From: Armatimonadota bacterium
Lineage (GTDB): Bacteria > Sysuimicrobiota > Sysuimicrobiia > Sysuimicrobiales > Humicultoraceae
Length of the DNA: 54,574 nt
Direction of reading: 5' to 3'
Assembly (NCBI GenBank): GCA_037443365.1
Contig: JBBIOM010000010.1
Span: 1 to 54,574 of the forward strand
Shown here: piece after piece, positions 22,101 to 30,382 of the stretch
Numbering within the stretch: position 1 is the first letter of the stretch
Layout: the number at the start of each line of letters is the position of its first letter
Made by a program: the position numbers and the translations under genes
The notes under the pieces: model-generated
Told to the model about the DNA's origin: nothing
Seen by the model: the letters and a program-made list of their open reading frames with translations, nothing else
Databases searched by the model: none

Positions 22101-22285
22101 GCGTGGTGAATGCCCATGGGGTTGTTGGCGGTGATCGGGCCATCCAGGAAGGAGAAGCGGTGCGGCGAGTTCGCGTTGCGCTCGAGATACCTCTCGAGGA
22201 TGCCTTTCTCGCGCCACCAATCCAGGATCTCCCGCTCCAGCGCGGGAAAGTCGACCTTCGAAGATACAGCGGCGAAGCGTGGCAT
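19112..22285 (-). CDS. ileS: Isoleucyl-tRNA synthetase, type 2
   Basis: DGPITAN, WTTTPWT, GTGIVHIAP, YPVCWR, WYVRRSRRRFW; type-2 C-terminus without the type-1 Zn domain; Ile T-box upstream. Start MPRF at 22285. Confidence 0.95.
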   Translation of the reverse strand: MPRFAAVSSKVDFPALEREILDWWREKGILERYLERNANSPHRFSFLDGPITANNPMGIHHAWGRTYKDLFARYKTMLGFRQRYQNGFDGQGLWVEVEVERELGFRTKRDIEVYGIARFVEQCKARVRRFADLITQQSLRLGYWMNWDNSYHTLSDDNNYTIWHFLKKCWERGMVYKGHDVMPWCPRCSTGISEHEIVTEGYRELTHPGLTVRFPLVDEPGRSLLAWTTTPWTLTSNVAAAVHPDLTYARVRQGDQEYYLCEGALGILAGPYETAETMQGAALVGRRYRGPFDDLPAQEGVEHRVIAWREVSAEEGTGIVHIAPGCGAEDFALGKEHDLAVLAPLDEFGVFSGAYGWLEGRSVYEVAGPIEDHLRASGLLYRAEPYTHRYPVCWRCGSELIFRLVDEWLIAMDPVREAMMDVTRQIRWVPSFGMDREIDWLRNMRDWMISKKRYYGLALPIYECGSCHGFEVIGSREELRARAVEGWEEFEGHSPHRPWVDAVRIACASCGATVSRISDVGNPWLDAGIVPFSTLVDPRTGTVSYVGDRQYWREWFPAHFITEAFPGQYRNWFYSLLVMSTVLEGRPPFEVCLGHAMVRGEDGREMHKSWGNAIEFEEAADLIGADVARWVFAAQNPAANVNFGYGPAGEARRRFVLPWWNVYAFFVTYASLETLDISAMQEAPPPLGLLDRWILSRLARLVGVLRDRLDDYDTASACRAAEAFVDELSTWYVRRSRRRFWKSEDDADKRAAYYTLYRVLRTLALALAPFVPFVTEAMYQNLVRGVEEGAPASVHLCAYPESDPGATDEDLETAMQGVRGLVSLGRAARGSAKIRVRQPLAAVLIATSDRNLIERPELVDLLAEELNVKAVRFVEDASAYVRHEVKPRFDRLGPKYGGRVQAVAAALRALPPDAAAAALGAGGGLEVQVGGEPLAVEPDEVEVRLQVAPGYAAEAAGSQVVILETAVSPQLALEGRARELVHHVQQLRKDAGLEVSDRIILHIEGGVEVGDLLAAYGSYVQAETLAPEISRAVPEGSSAREILLDGMRLRVALERAG

Positions 22286-22304
22286 CCCTACCCTCTCCCT
22301 GATC

Positions 22305-22552
22305 AAAATGAAGCATCCCGCCCTCAAGGACGGGATGCGCCCGTGGTACCACCCTGATTCCGGCCGGCACGAACCGCGCCGCCGGCCGGCGCTCAATCTC
22401 CTGATCTCGGCGGAGTCCCCGGCGGCGCCTACGCGGACAGGCCGTTCGGGCCGCGGCTCGGAGGTGATGAAAGGCGGCGTCCGTGCGCCGGGCTCGCACC
22501 GTCTCCCGGCTCGCTCGCGCGCGGGGTCGCCGTCCCGTCCCCGTCATCGCCA
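22305..22552 (-). ncRNA. T-box riboswitch (Ile specifier AUC) with intrinsic terminator
   Basis: Stem I GCGATGA...GAGC with AGCGA and GGTGCGA motifs; ATC at 22466-22468; T-box AGGGTGGTACCACGG (22341-22355); hairpin GCATCCCGTCCT/AGGGCGGGATGC plus TTCATTTT (22305-22338). Confidence 0.93.
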
Positions 22553-22563
22553 AGTGTGGCGGT

Positions 22564-22572
22564 AGTGTAGCA
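22564..22572 (-). promoter_or_regulatory. Extended -10 for the T-box-ileS leader
   Basis: TGcTACACT about 14 nt upstream of T-box stem I. Confidence 0.5.
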
Positions 22573-22609
22573 CGCGGCGCGCGCGCGCGTCCAGCCTCGG
22601 GCCGCCTGT

Positions 22610-22636
22610 GAAGGGAGATGGGGAGTCGCAGCGAAC
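22610..22636 (+). promoter_or_regulatory. sigmaH-like promoter upstream of GT4 gene
   Basis: GAAGGGAGA-11 nt-AGCGAAC. Confidence 0.4.
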
Positions 22637-22674
22637 ACCCATGTAGGAGCTGCCATGCGCGGGTGGGGAGACTC

Positions 22675-23661
22675 GTGAAGGTCTGCCTCTACCTCGAGCA
22701 CAGTCAGGATTCCTCTTGGAGCGGCGGAATCCGCCGGGCCTACGAGAATCACCTCCGGGCGCTGCGGACCGCCGGGGTTTCGGTTACGAGCGACCCCTCC
22801 GAGCCGTTTGACATCCTGGACCTCCACACGATCGGGCCACGGTCCCTATACCTGGCCGAGAAGCACAGCGGCCAGCGGCCGGTGGTGATCCACGGGCATA
22901 CCACGGCCGAGGATTTCGCCAACTCGTTCGTGATGAGCGACGCGTTCGCCCCGATGCTGGGGCGGTTGCTCACGCACTTCTACAACAAGGCCGACGTCCT
23001 GATCGCGCCGTCGCCCTACACGAAGCGGGTGCTGCGCTCTCACATGGTGGAGCGCCCCATAGAGGTCGTGAGCAACGGTGTCGACCTGCGGCGCTTCGAG
23101 TCGCTGCGCCGTGCGCGGTCGTTGGGGCGGGGCCGCTACGGGCTGCGGGGCGTCGTGCCCTTCTCGGTGGGGCTCGTGCTGCTGCGCAAGGGGGTAGACC
23201 TGTTCTGCGAGGCCGCGCGCCTCCTCCCCCACCTCACGTTCGCGTGGTTCGGTCGCATCCACAAGGCCGTCAAGCCCGAGACGCTGCGCGTGGTGGAAGG
23301 GGCGCCGGGGAATGTTAGGTTCACGGGGTACGTGGAGAACGTGGAGGAGGCACACGCGGCCGGAGACGTCTTCTTCTTCCCCAGCGCCGTCGAGAACGAG
23401 GGGATAGCGATCCTGGAGGCCGCGGCTTGCGCCCGCCCGCTGGTGCTGCGCGATTCAGAGTGCTTCGCCGGCCGCTTCAGAAGCGGCGTCAACTGCCTGA
23501 TGGCCAGCGAGCCAGAGGAGTTCGCCTTGCACCTGCGGCGGCTGGCAGACGACCCCGATCTGCGGGCGCACCTGGGCGAGGAAGCACGGAAGTTCGCCGC
23601 GGCGCACTCACTGGAGCAGGTCGGACAGCGGCTCCGAGAGATCTACGCCCGGCTCTCGTAG
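22675..23661 (+). CDS. GT4 family glycosyltransferase (CpoA/glycolipid synthase-like)
   Basis: HGHTTAEDFANSF, PSPYT, SNGVD, RKGVD, PS..ENEGIAILEAAA; GGGAG SD before GTG 22675. Confidence 0.85.
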   Translation: MKVCLYLEHSQDSSWSGGIRRAYENHLRALRTAGVSVTSDPSEPFDILDLHTIGPRSLYLAEKHSGQRPVVIHGHTTAEDFANSFVMSDAFAPMLGRLLTHFYNKADVLIAPSPYTKRVLRSHMVERPIEVVSNGVDLRRFESLRRARSLGRGRYGLRGVVPFSVGLVLLRKGVDLFCEAARLLPHLTFAWFGRIHKAVKPETLRVVEGAPGNVRFTGYVENVEEAHAAGDVFFFPSAVENEGIAILEAAACARPLVLRDSECFAGRFRSGVNCLMASEPEEFALHLRRLADDPDLRAHLGEEARKFAAAHSLEQVGQRLREIYARLS

Positions 23662-24977
23662 GCGCGGGCGCCCTCGTGGCTGGTCTTGCGCCAGTCACGG
23701 GCGCCCGTCAGCGCGCCGTACACGTACCGGCGGATGGCCAGCGGCACGATCACCAGCGTGTGGAACGAGAACAGCGTCCAACGCGCCAGGACGCCACCCA
23801 GACGCCACGGCGACAATCCTACCTCGGCGGTGATCGCGCCGAGCATGCCCGCGGTCAGCAGGCATGAGGCGGTCGTCAGCGCGGCGCGCGGGAGCTGGAT
23901 GTAGACGACGGCATCGTGCGCGAGGCCGATCATCGCGTAGAGATAGCCGGTCATGGCCGCCAGCGTGCTAACGAGAGCCCCCGAGAGGAAGAACATCATG
24001 TCCACGCGCCGCAGGAGCGGGACCCTGCCCGTGAGTATGCGCGGCAGGTAGTCGCCGAGGCAGAGCAGTGCGCCTTCGAACCACCGCTCGCGCTGGCGTA
24101 TCAGGTCGCGAAGCGCAACGACCCCCTCCTCCCACACCTCCGCTTCGTAGCAGTACCGGATCTCCCATCCGCGCAGCGCCAGCCGCACGCTGAGGTCGAT
24201 GTCCTCCGTCAGGGCCTCGTCGTTCCACCCGCCCACGTCGTCCAGGGCCTCCCGCTTCACGATCAGGCCGTTGCCCGCCAGGCAGACGAAGGCGCCCACG
24301 GCCTGCCGCGCCCGCTGCAAAAGCGTCTGGAACACGCGGTACTCGTCGGCCTGGACGCGCGTCAGCCAGTTGCGCCCCGGGTTGTGAACGAGCCGACGGC
24401 CCTGCACCCCGCCCGTGCGGTGGTCGGCCAGGTGCGGGACCATCTGCGCGATCAACCCCGCCTGGAACCGCGCGTCGGAATCGAAGACCGCCAGGAGCGC
24501 GCCACGGCTGTGCGCAATGCCGACCCGTAGCGCCGCGGCTTTGCCGATGCTGCCCGGGGCTGTCCGTACTACCTTGAGGGGCAACTCGGCCTGAAGGCGC
24601 CCGAGCAGCTCGAAGGTGCCGTCGGTCGAGTGATCGTCCACGACGACCACCTCGATCTCGCCTTCGTAGACCTGCGCGCAGGCGCAGCGCACCGAACCCT
24701 CTATGACGGCGACCTCGTTCTTGGCGGGTATGATGACGGTGACCGATGGAGGAGCCGGCCACCTCCCAGGAGCCGCGCGCCGCGTCGCCACCCCGAGCAA
24801 CAGCACGGCGCCTCCGAAGGCGGCCAACGCCAGGAACAGGTACTGCAGCCATGCGAGGTTCACGACGTAGTAACGGAACCAGAGGGCGTCCCGGTACGTG
24901 ATGCTTGCCACAACCGCCGCGCTCCAGCCCAGGGCAAGGGTGGCGAGCACCAGGTGGCGGGCGGTGGACGGCCGCAT
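23643..24977 (-). CDS. GT2 family membrane glycosyltransferase
   Basis: IPAKNE, DDHSTDGT, FDSD, TED, QRERW; N- and C-terminal TM helices. Confidence 0.88.
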   Translation of the reverse strand: MRPSTARHLVLATLALGWSAAVVASITYRDALWFRYYVVNLAWLQYLFLALAAFGGAVLLLGVATRRAAPGRWPAPPSVTVIIPAKNEVAVIEGSVRCACAQVYEGEIEVVVVDDHSTDGTFELLGRLQAELPLKVVRTAPGSIGKAAALRVGIAHSRGALLAVFDSDARFQAGLIAQMVPHLADHRTGGVQGRRLVHNPGRNWLTRVQADEYRVFQTLLQRARQAVGAFVCLAGNGLIVKREALDDVGGWNDEALTEDIDLSVRLALRGWEIRYCYEAEVWEEGVVALRDLIRQRERWFEGALLCLGDYLPRILTGRVPLLRRVDMMFFLSGALVSTLAAMTGYLYAMIGLAHDAVVYIQLPRAALTTASCLLTAGMLGAITAEVGLSPWRLGGVLARWTLFSFHTLVIVPLAIRRYVYGALTGARDWRKTSHEGARAYESRA

Positions 24978-24982
24978 GCGCC

Positions 24983-26035
24983 CTACCGCCTCCGGGCGGC
25001 CGCGCCGGCGAGCGCGGGGAGGCTATCCGCGTACGGTTCAACCGCCACGCCGGCCTCGGTGACGATCGCGGTGATCAAGCCGTGCGGGGTGACGTCGAAG
25101 GCCGGGTTCCGGACCGCTATCCCCTCTGGCGCGATTCGCCGACCGGCGATGTGCGTGACCTCGGCCGGGGCCCGCTCCTCGATCGGGATCGCCCCACCGT
25201 CAGGGCAGGCGAGATCCACGGTCGTCGTGGGCGCGGCCACGACGAACGGCAGGGCGTGGGCGCGCGCCAGCACCGCCAGCGCGTAGGTCCCCACCTTGTT
25301 GGCCACGTCGCCGTTGGCCGCGATCCTGTCGGCGCCCACGATAACGCGGTCCAGGGCGCCGGCGGCCATCAGCGCGCCGGCGGCGTTGTCGGTGATCAGG
25401 GTCGCCGGGATGCCGTGCTCCAGCAGCTCCCAGGCGGTCAGGCGAGCGCCCTGCAGGACCGGGCGTGTCTCGCAGGCGTACACCCGAATCCCCCGGCCGG
25501 CCTCGTGGGCGGCGCGCAGGATGCCGAAGGCCGTCCCGTACCCGGCCGTGGCCAGGGAACCTGTGTGGCAGTAGGTCAGGATGCGCTCGCCGTGGCGGAT
25601 CAGCTCCGCTCCCCGACGGCCTATCGCCTGGTTGGCCGCCCGGTCCTCCTCGCAGATCGCGTCGGCCTCCTGCCCCAGGCGCGCGGCGAAGCCCTCGGCC
25701 TCGTCCGCCTGGGCTGCTCGGGCCGCGGCCAGCATGCGCTCGATGCTCCAGCGCAGGTTCACCGCGGTCGGGCGCGCCGCTGCCAGGACCTCCCCGGCGG
25801 CCTGGACGGAGGCAAGCCGATCTTGGGCGGGCAGCAAGGCGGCGCGCCGGGCCGCCAGCGCCATCCCGTAGGCCGCGGCCACCCCGATCGCCGGGGCGCC
25901 GCGCACCCGCAGACCACGGATGGCCTGCGCCACGTCCTCGGGCGTGGCGCAGGCGACCACACGCACCTCGTGGGGGAGCAGCGTCTGGTCCACCAGACGC
26001 ACGAACCCGTCTTCCAGCCACACGGTACGAAGCAT
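24983..26035 (-). CDS. mtnA: S-methyl-5-thioribose-1-phosphate isomerase
   Basis: VRGAPAIG, RPTAVNL, ETRP.LQGARLTAWEL, GADRIAANGDVANKVGT, NPAFDVTP. Confidence 0.95.
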   Translation of the reverse strand: MLRTVWLEDGFVRLVDQTLLPHEVRVVACATPEDVAQAIRGLRVRGAPAIGVAAAYGMALAARRAALLPAQDRLASVQAAGEVLAAARPTAVNLRWSIERMLAAARAAQADEAEGFAARLGQEADAICEEDRAANQAIGRRGAELIRHGERILTYCHTGSLATAGYGTAFGILRAAHEAGRGIRVYACETRPVLQGARLTAWELLEHGIPATLITDNAAGALMAAGALDRVIVGADRIAANGDVANKVGTYALAVLARAHALPFVVAAPTTTVDLACPDGGAIPIEERAPAEVTHIAGRRIAPEGIAVRNPAFDVTPHGLITAIVTEAGVAVEPYADSLPALAGAAARRR

Positions 26036-26071
26036 GCCGCGCGCGGCGGCGAGGCGCGTGCCGGCGCGATC

Positions 26072-26473
26072 TCAGGTCATGGGGAACAGGGTTCGCGGCG
26101 CGTCGCGCGCGCCCTCGGCCGTGACGGCAACCGTGTTGGGAGCGAACAGGAAGATCTCCTCTCCCACGCGCTGCATCTGCCCTTCCACGGCATAGGTCAC
26201 GCCGCAGATGAAGTCCACGATCCGCCTGGCGAGGTCGCGCTCGGCATCCCGAAGATTGACGATGACCGGCCGACGGGCCTTGAGGCACTCCGCCGCGGCC
26301 AGGGCGTCGTCGAGACTGCGTGGTTCCAGCACCACGATCTCCATCTGCCGGTTCGCGTGCAGGCCCGGCACGGGCGCCGGCGCTCGCCCGGGCTCCGCCC
26401 CCTCGCCCGGCGCGGCGGACGCGTCGTCTTCACTGAAGCCCAGAAACGCCCACAACCTGTGCATCGCGCCCAT
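26072..26473 (-). CDS. sepF: Cell division protein SepF
   Basis: N-terminal amphipathic helix; VIVNL....ARRIVDFICG..YAVEG....VGEEIFLFAP; follows yggS. Confidence 0.92.
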   Translation of the reverse strand: MGAMHRLWAFLGFSEDDASAAPGEGAEPGRAPAPVPGLHANRQMEIVVLEPRSLDDALAAAECLKARRPVIVNLRDAERDLARRIVDFICGVTYAVEGQMQRVGEEIFLFAPNTVAVTAEGARDAPRTLFPMT

Positions 26474-26529
26474 CTCGCACCTCCCGCTCTCTCCTCCCTC
26501 CCCGGATCCGGCCCTCCCGTGCCGCCTTG

Positions 26530-27213
26530 CTAGCGCTCCTCGAACAGGGCGCGCCCGATGCGAACCATGGTCGCACCCTCTTCGATCGCCACCTCGAAAT
26601 CGTCCGTCATGCCCATCGAGAGCTCGCCAAACGCCGCGCCCGCCACCCTGGCACGCAGGCGGTCCCGCAGCTCCCGCAGTTCCCGAAAGACCGGCCGAAC
26701 CGCCTCAGGGTCGTCGGCCAGCGGCGCCACGGTCATCAGTCCGATCGCGTCGAGATGCGGCATCGCGCACACCCGGCCGATGAGGTCCTCCGCCTCCCCT
26801 GGAGCGATCCCGTGCTTGGTTGTCTCGCCGGCGACGTTCACCTCGATTAGGACCGGGATCCGCCGGCCGGCTTCGCCCGCCGCCCGATCGACCGCCTGCG
26901 CGATACGAAGGCCGTCGATGGAGTGGATCACCTGGAACCGTCCCGCGGCCAACCGCGCCTTGTTCCGTTGCAGGTGGCCGATCAGGTGCCAGCGCGGCCC
27001 TGGTCCGACCGCATCGATCTTGGAGACCGCCTCCTGGACGCGGTTCTCGCCCAGGTCGCGCAGCCCTGCGGAGAGGGCCTCGCGCACGATGGCCAGGCCG
27101 CGCCCCTTAGTCACGCCCACGAGCGTCACCGACTCCGGGTCACGCCCGACCCGCAACGCGGCCCGCGCAATGCGCTCACGAACCCGGCGAATCCGCTCCG
27201 CAATGCCGGACAT
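26530..27213 (-). CDS. yggS: PLP homeostasis protein YggS/YlmE
   Basis: [39 protein letters not shown]. Confidence 0.95.
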   Translation of the reverse strand: MSGIAERIRRVRERIARAALRVGRDPESVTLVGVTKGRGLAIVREALSAGLRDLGENRVQEAVSKIDAVGPGPRWHLIGHLQRNKARLAAGRFQVIHSIDGLRIAQAVDRAAGEAGRRIPVLIEVNVAGETTKHGIAPGEAEDLIGRVCAMPHLDAIGLMTVAPLADDPEAVRPVFRELRELRDRLRARVAGAAFGELSMGMTDDFEVAIEEGATMVRIGRALFEER

Positions 27214-27225
27214 GCCAGTTCGGGT

Positions 27226-27252
27226 GTTCGTCGGGGAGGACGTGATACCTGC
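27226..27252 (-). promoter_or_regulatory. sigmaH-like promoter upstream of yggS-sepF
   Basis: GCAGGTATC-11 nt-GACGAAC. Confidence 0.55.
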
Positions 27253-27262
27253 GCCCGGAGGG

Positions 27263-28429
27263 CTAGACGACCTTCTCGCGCACGACCGCGCTGAAGTAGT
27301 CCATCGCGGCCACGACGAGCGTGATCGCCCAAACCGCGGTCGCCGCCTGCTTCCACTGCAGCAGGTTGATGTACTGCATCAGCAGGAAGCCGATCCCGCC
27401 GCCGCCCACGAACCCGATCACAGTGGACATACGCACGTTTATGTCCCACCGGTAGATCGTGAACGCGATGAAGGGCGGCACTATCTGGGGCACGACCGCG
27501 TAGCGCACGACCTGCAGCATGGTCGCGCCCGTCGCGGTGATCGCCTCGATCGGCCCGGGGTCTATCGACTCGATCTGCTCCGAGTACAACTTGCCCAGCG
27601 ACGCTATGGAGTGAATGCCCAGGGCCAGCACCCCCGCAAACGGCCCTATCCCGACCCATACCGCAAACACCGTCGCCAGTATCAGGGGCTCAATCGAGCG
27701 GGCGATGTTGAAGACGGTTCGGACCACGTAGTAGACCAGCGTGCCCAGGGGGTTGCGCGCCATCAGGTTCTTGGCGCCCAGAAACGACAGGGGCACGGCC
27801 AGGACCACCGCCATCGTGGTGCCCATCAGCGCCAGGAAGACGGTCTCGACCATCCGGAATCCGGTCAGGCGCAGCGCGTTGCTCGGACCCAGCGTCGCGC
27901 CCTCCAGAACGACCTGGACGACTATGTGGTGCTGCGTGCCGATGACCGAAGGGACCGTTGTTGTCGCCTGGAACCGCCCCGCGGCGTCGGTGTTGGACTT
28001 CGCGAGCGACACCCTCACGCCGGACTGGTCGAGCCATACGATCTGCACCGGGCGCGAGGCCGCGAATCCCTCGCCGGCAACGGTCAGCGCATCACCAGCC
28101 CTGGCGGTGGTTGGGCTTAGGGCGATGCGGCCCGGGCCGCCCTTCTGGATAGGGGCCGGCGCGGCCGCGCCGTCGAGGCCGATGCCGGCGTCCGCGACCT
28201 GCAGGCGGGGCCGGCGCTCGAGCAGATCCGGCCGGATGAGATCGGCGAGCAGGGGCTTGATCAGGTAGGCCTTGCGTCCCAGCTCGCCCAGGTTGATCTG
28301 AGTCACCTGCCAGCCGTAGGCGTAGATCGCGCCCAGGAAGATCAGCCACAGCACAACACGCAGGGCCCCGGCTCCGGGCCTGGGCACCTCCGGGGCCTGG
28401 GGCGGGGCGGCGTTCCCGTTCAGTGCCAT
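27263..28429 (-). CDS. phnE: Phosphonate/phosphite ABC transporter permease with extracytoplasmic insertion
   Basis: [46 protein letters not shown]. Confidence 0.9.
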   Translation of the reverse strand: MALNGNAAPPQAPEVPRPGAGALRVVLWLIFLGAIYAYGWQVTQINLGELGRKAYLIKPLLADLIRPDLLERRPRLQVADAGIGLDGAAAPAPIQKGGPGRIALSPTTARAGDALTVAGEGFAASRPVQIVWLDQSGVRVSLAKSNTDAAGRFQATTTVPSVIGTQHHIVVQVVLEGATLGPSNALRLTGFRMVETVFLALMGTTMAVVLAVPLSFLGAKNLMARNPLGTLVYYVVRTVFNIARSIEPLILATVFAVWVGIGPFAGVLALGIHSIASLGKLYSEQIESIDPGPIEAITATGATMLQVVRYAVVPQIVPPFIAFTIYRWDINVRMSTVIGFVGGGGIGFLLMQYINLLQWKQAATAVWAITLVVAAMDYFSAVVREKVV

Positions 28430-28462
28430 CTCGCTCCCTCTCGGGCGTGGGCCGATGCCGGC

Positions 28463-29236
28463 CTACGCTATCTCGACCTCTACGGCCTCTTCGCCGAAGA
28501 TCTCCTTGAATCGCTGCTCGTCAATCTCCGAGGGCAGGCCCTCGAAGGCTATCTCGCCGGCCTTGAGGGCGATCAGGCGTGTGCCGTAGCGCCGGGCCAG
28601 GCTCAGGAAGTGCAGGCTGCACATCACCGTAATGCCGTCCCTGCGGTTGAGCTCCTCGACGTAGCGGAGCACCGAGTGCGAGGTCGCCGGATCGAGGCTG
28701 GCGACCGGCTCGTCGGCCAGGATCAACTTGGGATCCTGCATCAGCGCCCGGGCTATCCCCACGCGCTGCTGCTGCCCTCCGGAGAGCTGGTCGGCGCGCG
28801 CGTGGGCCTTCTCCGGGATGCCTACGGTGGCCAGGTGCGCGGCTGCCTGCCCGCGCAGATCGCGCGGGAAGTAGTTGTAGAGCGACCAGGACGGCGGCAC
28901 GTAGCCCAGCCGTCCGGACAGCACGTTCGTGAGAACCGAGGAACGCTTGACCAGGTTGAACTGCTGGAAGATCATCCCGATCTGGCGGCGCATGCGGCGC
29001 AGCTCCTCCGGTGCCAGCGCCGTTATCTCGACGTTGTCCACAAAGACCTTGCCCGAGGTCGGCTCCACGAGCCGGTTGATGCACCGCATGAGCGTGGACT
29101 TCCCGGACCCGGAGAGCCCTATGATGATGAGGAACTCGCCCGGAGCCACCGAGAAGCTCACGTCGCGAAGCGCCCGCGTTCCATCGGGGTATACCTTGGT
29201 GAGGTGCTCGATCCTAACCTCTGCTCCGGGCATCAC
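28463..29236 (-). CDS. phnC: Phosphonate ABC transporter ATP-binding protein
   Basis: [36 protein letters not shown]. Confidence 0.92.
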   Translation of the reverse strand: MMPGAEVRIEHLTKVYPDGTRALRDVSFSVAPGEFLIIIGLSGSGKSTLMRCINRLVEPTSGKVFVDNVEITALAPEELRRMRRQIGMIFQQFNLVKRSSVLTNVLSGRLGYVPPSWSLYNYFPRDLRGQAAAHLATVGIPEKAHARADQLSGGQQQRVGIARALMQDPKLILADEPVASLDPATSHSVLRYVEELNRRDGITVMCSLHFLSLARRYGTRLIALKAGEIAFEGLPSEIDEQRFKEIFGEEAVEVEIA

Positions 29237-29247
29237 GTCACCCCACA

Positions 29248-29280
29248 GAACGGAGGAGAGCCAGGCACTCTCCTCCGCCC
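29248..29280 (-). terminator. Intercistronic hairpin after phnD (partial terminator or mRNA stabiliser)
   Basis: 10-bp perfect stem CGGAGGAGAG/CTCTCCTCCG (29251-29277) with a weak TTCTGT tail. Confidence 0.6.
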
Positions 29281-29308
29281 GTTGCCATTGGCTGAATGAC
29301 TCGAACGG

Positions 29309-30271
29309 CTACCTGGGGCGCACCATCTGCTCGAGGTCGAGACCCAGAAGCTTCGCCGCGTCCCTAACGGAGTTGAACAGCTCGTCAATGGTCTTCAGCT
29401 TCGGCATCTTGTGAGTGGTCTGGAGCGCGGCCAGGTCGGCGTACCCTTCGTGCTGGTACAGGGCGAAGATGGTCTCACGCCCGGGCGCGGTCGCCGCGAT
29501 GCGAAACATCGCCTTGGTGACCTTCTCCTTGACCTCGTCGGGGAGTTCGCGGCGGAACGAAACGGTGTCGTTGGGGATCGGGTCGGTGTACATCAGGACC
29601 TTCACCTTGTCCCTCACGTCCGGGTACTGCCCTACGACGCGCTCGCGCGCCTCGAAGACCGGGTTGTCGGGGTCACCGAACGTCGCGCCGGCGTCCACCG
29701 ATCCGGTATAGATCGCCAGCACGACCTTGTCGTGCGCACCGGCGAATATGACCTGGCTGAAGAACCGGTCCGGGTCCACCCCGTTCTTCTTGAGCAGCGC
29801 GGCCGGGAACAGGTAGCCCGACGCCGAGGCCGGGTCCACGAAGGCGAACTTCTTACCGCGCAGATCTGCCAGCGTCTTGGCGTTGAGGTCGGCTCGATAG
29901 AGAATCTGCGCCACGTAGAACGGCTTGTTCTGCCGGAGACTGACCAAGCGGACCTCTGCCCCGCACCGGCGGTTGGCCAGGACGTAGGCAAACGTGGCGA
30001 AGATGGCGATATCCACCCTGCCCGCGCACATCGCCTCGATCACCGCGGCGTAACTGGTGGGCACCTCGGCCCGGACCCGGTAGCCCGTGGCAACCTCCAG
30101 CATCCTGGCCAGCGTGCTGCCTGTCGCCAGCACCCTTCCTGCGTCCACCGACGGCATGAAGGCCACGACCAGACTGGTCTGGCCGGCGGCGGGCGCTGGA
30201 CGCCATGCACCCGCGCCCAGGGCCACCGCCGCGATTAGAACAACGCTGATGACTCGCACAGATCTCGTCAC
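29309..30271 (-). CDS. phnD: Phosphate/phosphite/phosphonate ABC substrate-binding protein
   Basis: Signal peptide; SYAAVIEAM, FVDPASASGYLFP, GAHD, PIPND. Confidence 0.9.
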   Translation of the reverse strand: MTRSVRVISVVLIAAVALGAGAWRPAPAAGQTSLVVAFMPSVDAGRVLATGSTLARMLEVATGYRVRAEVPTSYAAVIEAMCAGRVDIAIFATFAYVLANRRCGAEVRLVSLRQNKPFYVAQILYRADLNAKTLADLRGKKFAFVDPASASGYLFPAALLKKNGVDPDRFFSQVIFAGAHDKVVLAIYTGSVDAGATFGDPDNPVFEARERVVGQYPDVRDKVKVLMYTDPIPNDTVSFRRELPDEVKEKVTKAMFRIAATAPGRETIFALYQHEGYADLAALQTTHKMPKLKTIDELFNSVRDAAKLLGLDLEQMVRPR

Positions 30272-30340
30272 CGTCCTTCCTCCTTCCAGGGGAGGCCCCT
30301 GTGACTGCCTCGTCTGTCCCGCTCGATGGTGTCAGATCTT

Positions 30341-30367
30341 CTTCAACGCCCGCGCCAGCATACCTGC
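30341..30367 (-). promoter_or_regulatory. sigmaH-like promoter upstream of phnDCE
   Basis: GCAGGTATG-11 nt-GTTGAAG. Confidence 0.55.
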
Positions 30368-30382
30368 GGGGCACCGGTTACC

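Noticed and set aside
22286-22396. N-terminal extension of the ileS ORF
   Set aside because: It runs through the T-box antiterminator and terminator; the SD-supported start is 22285.
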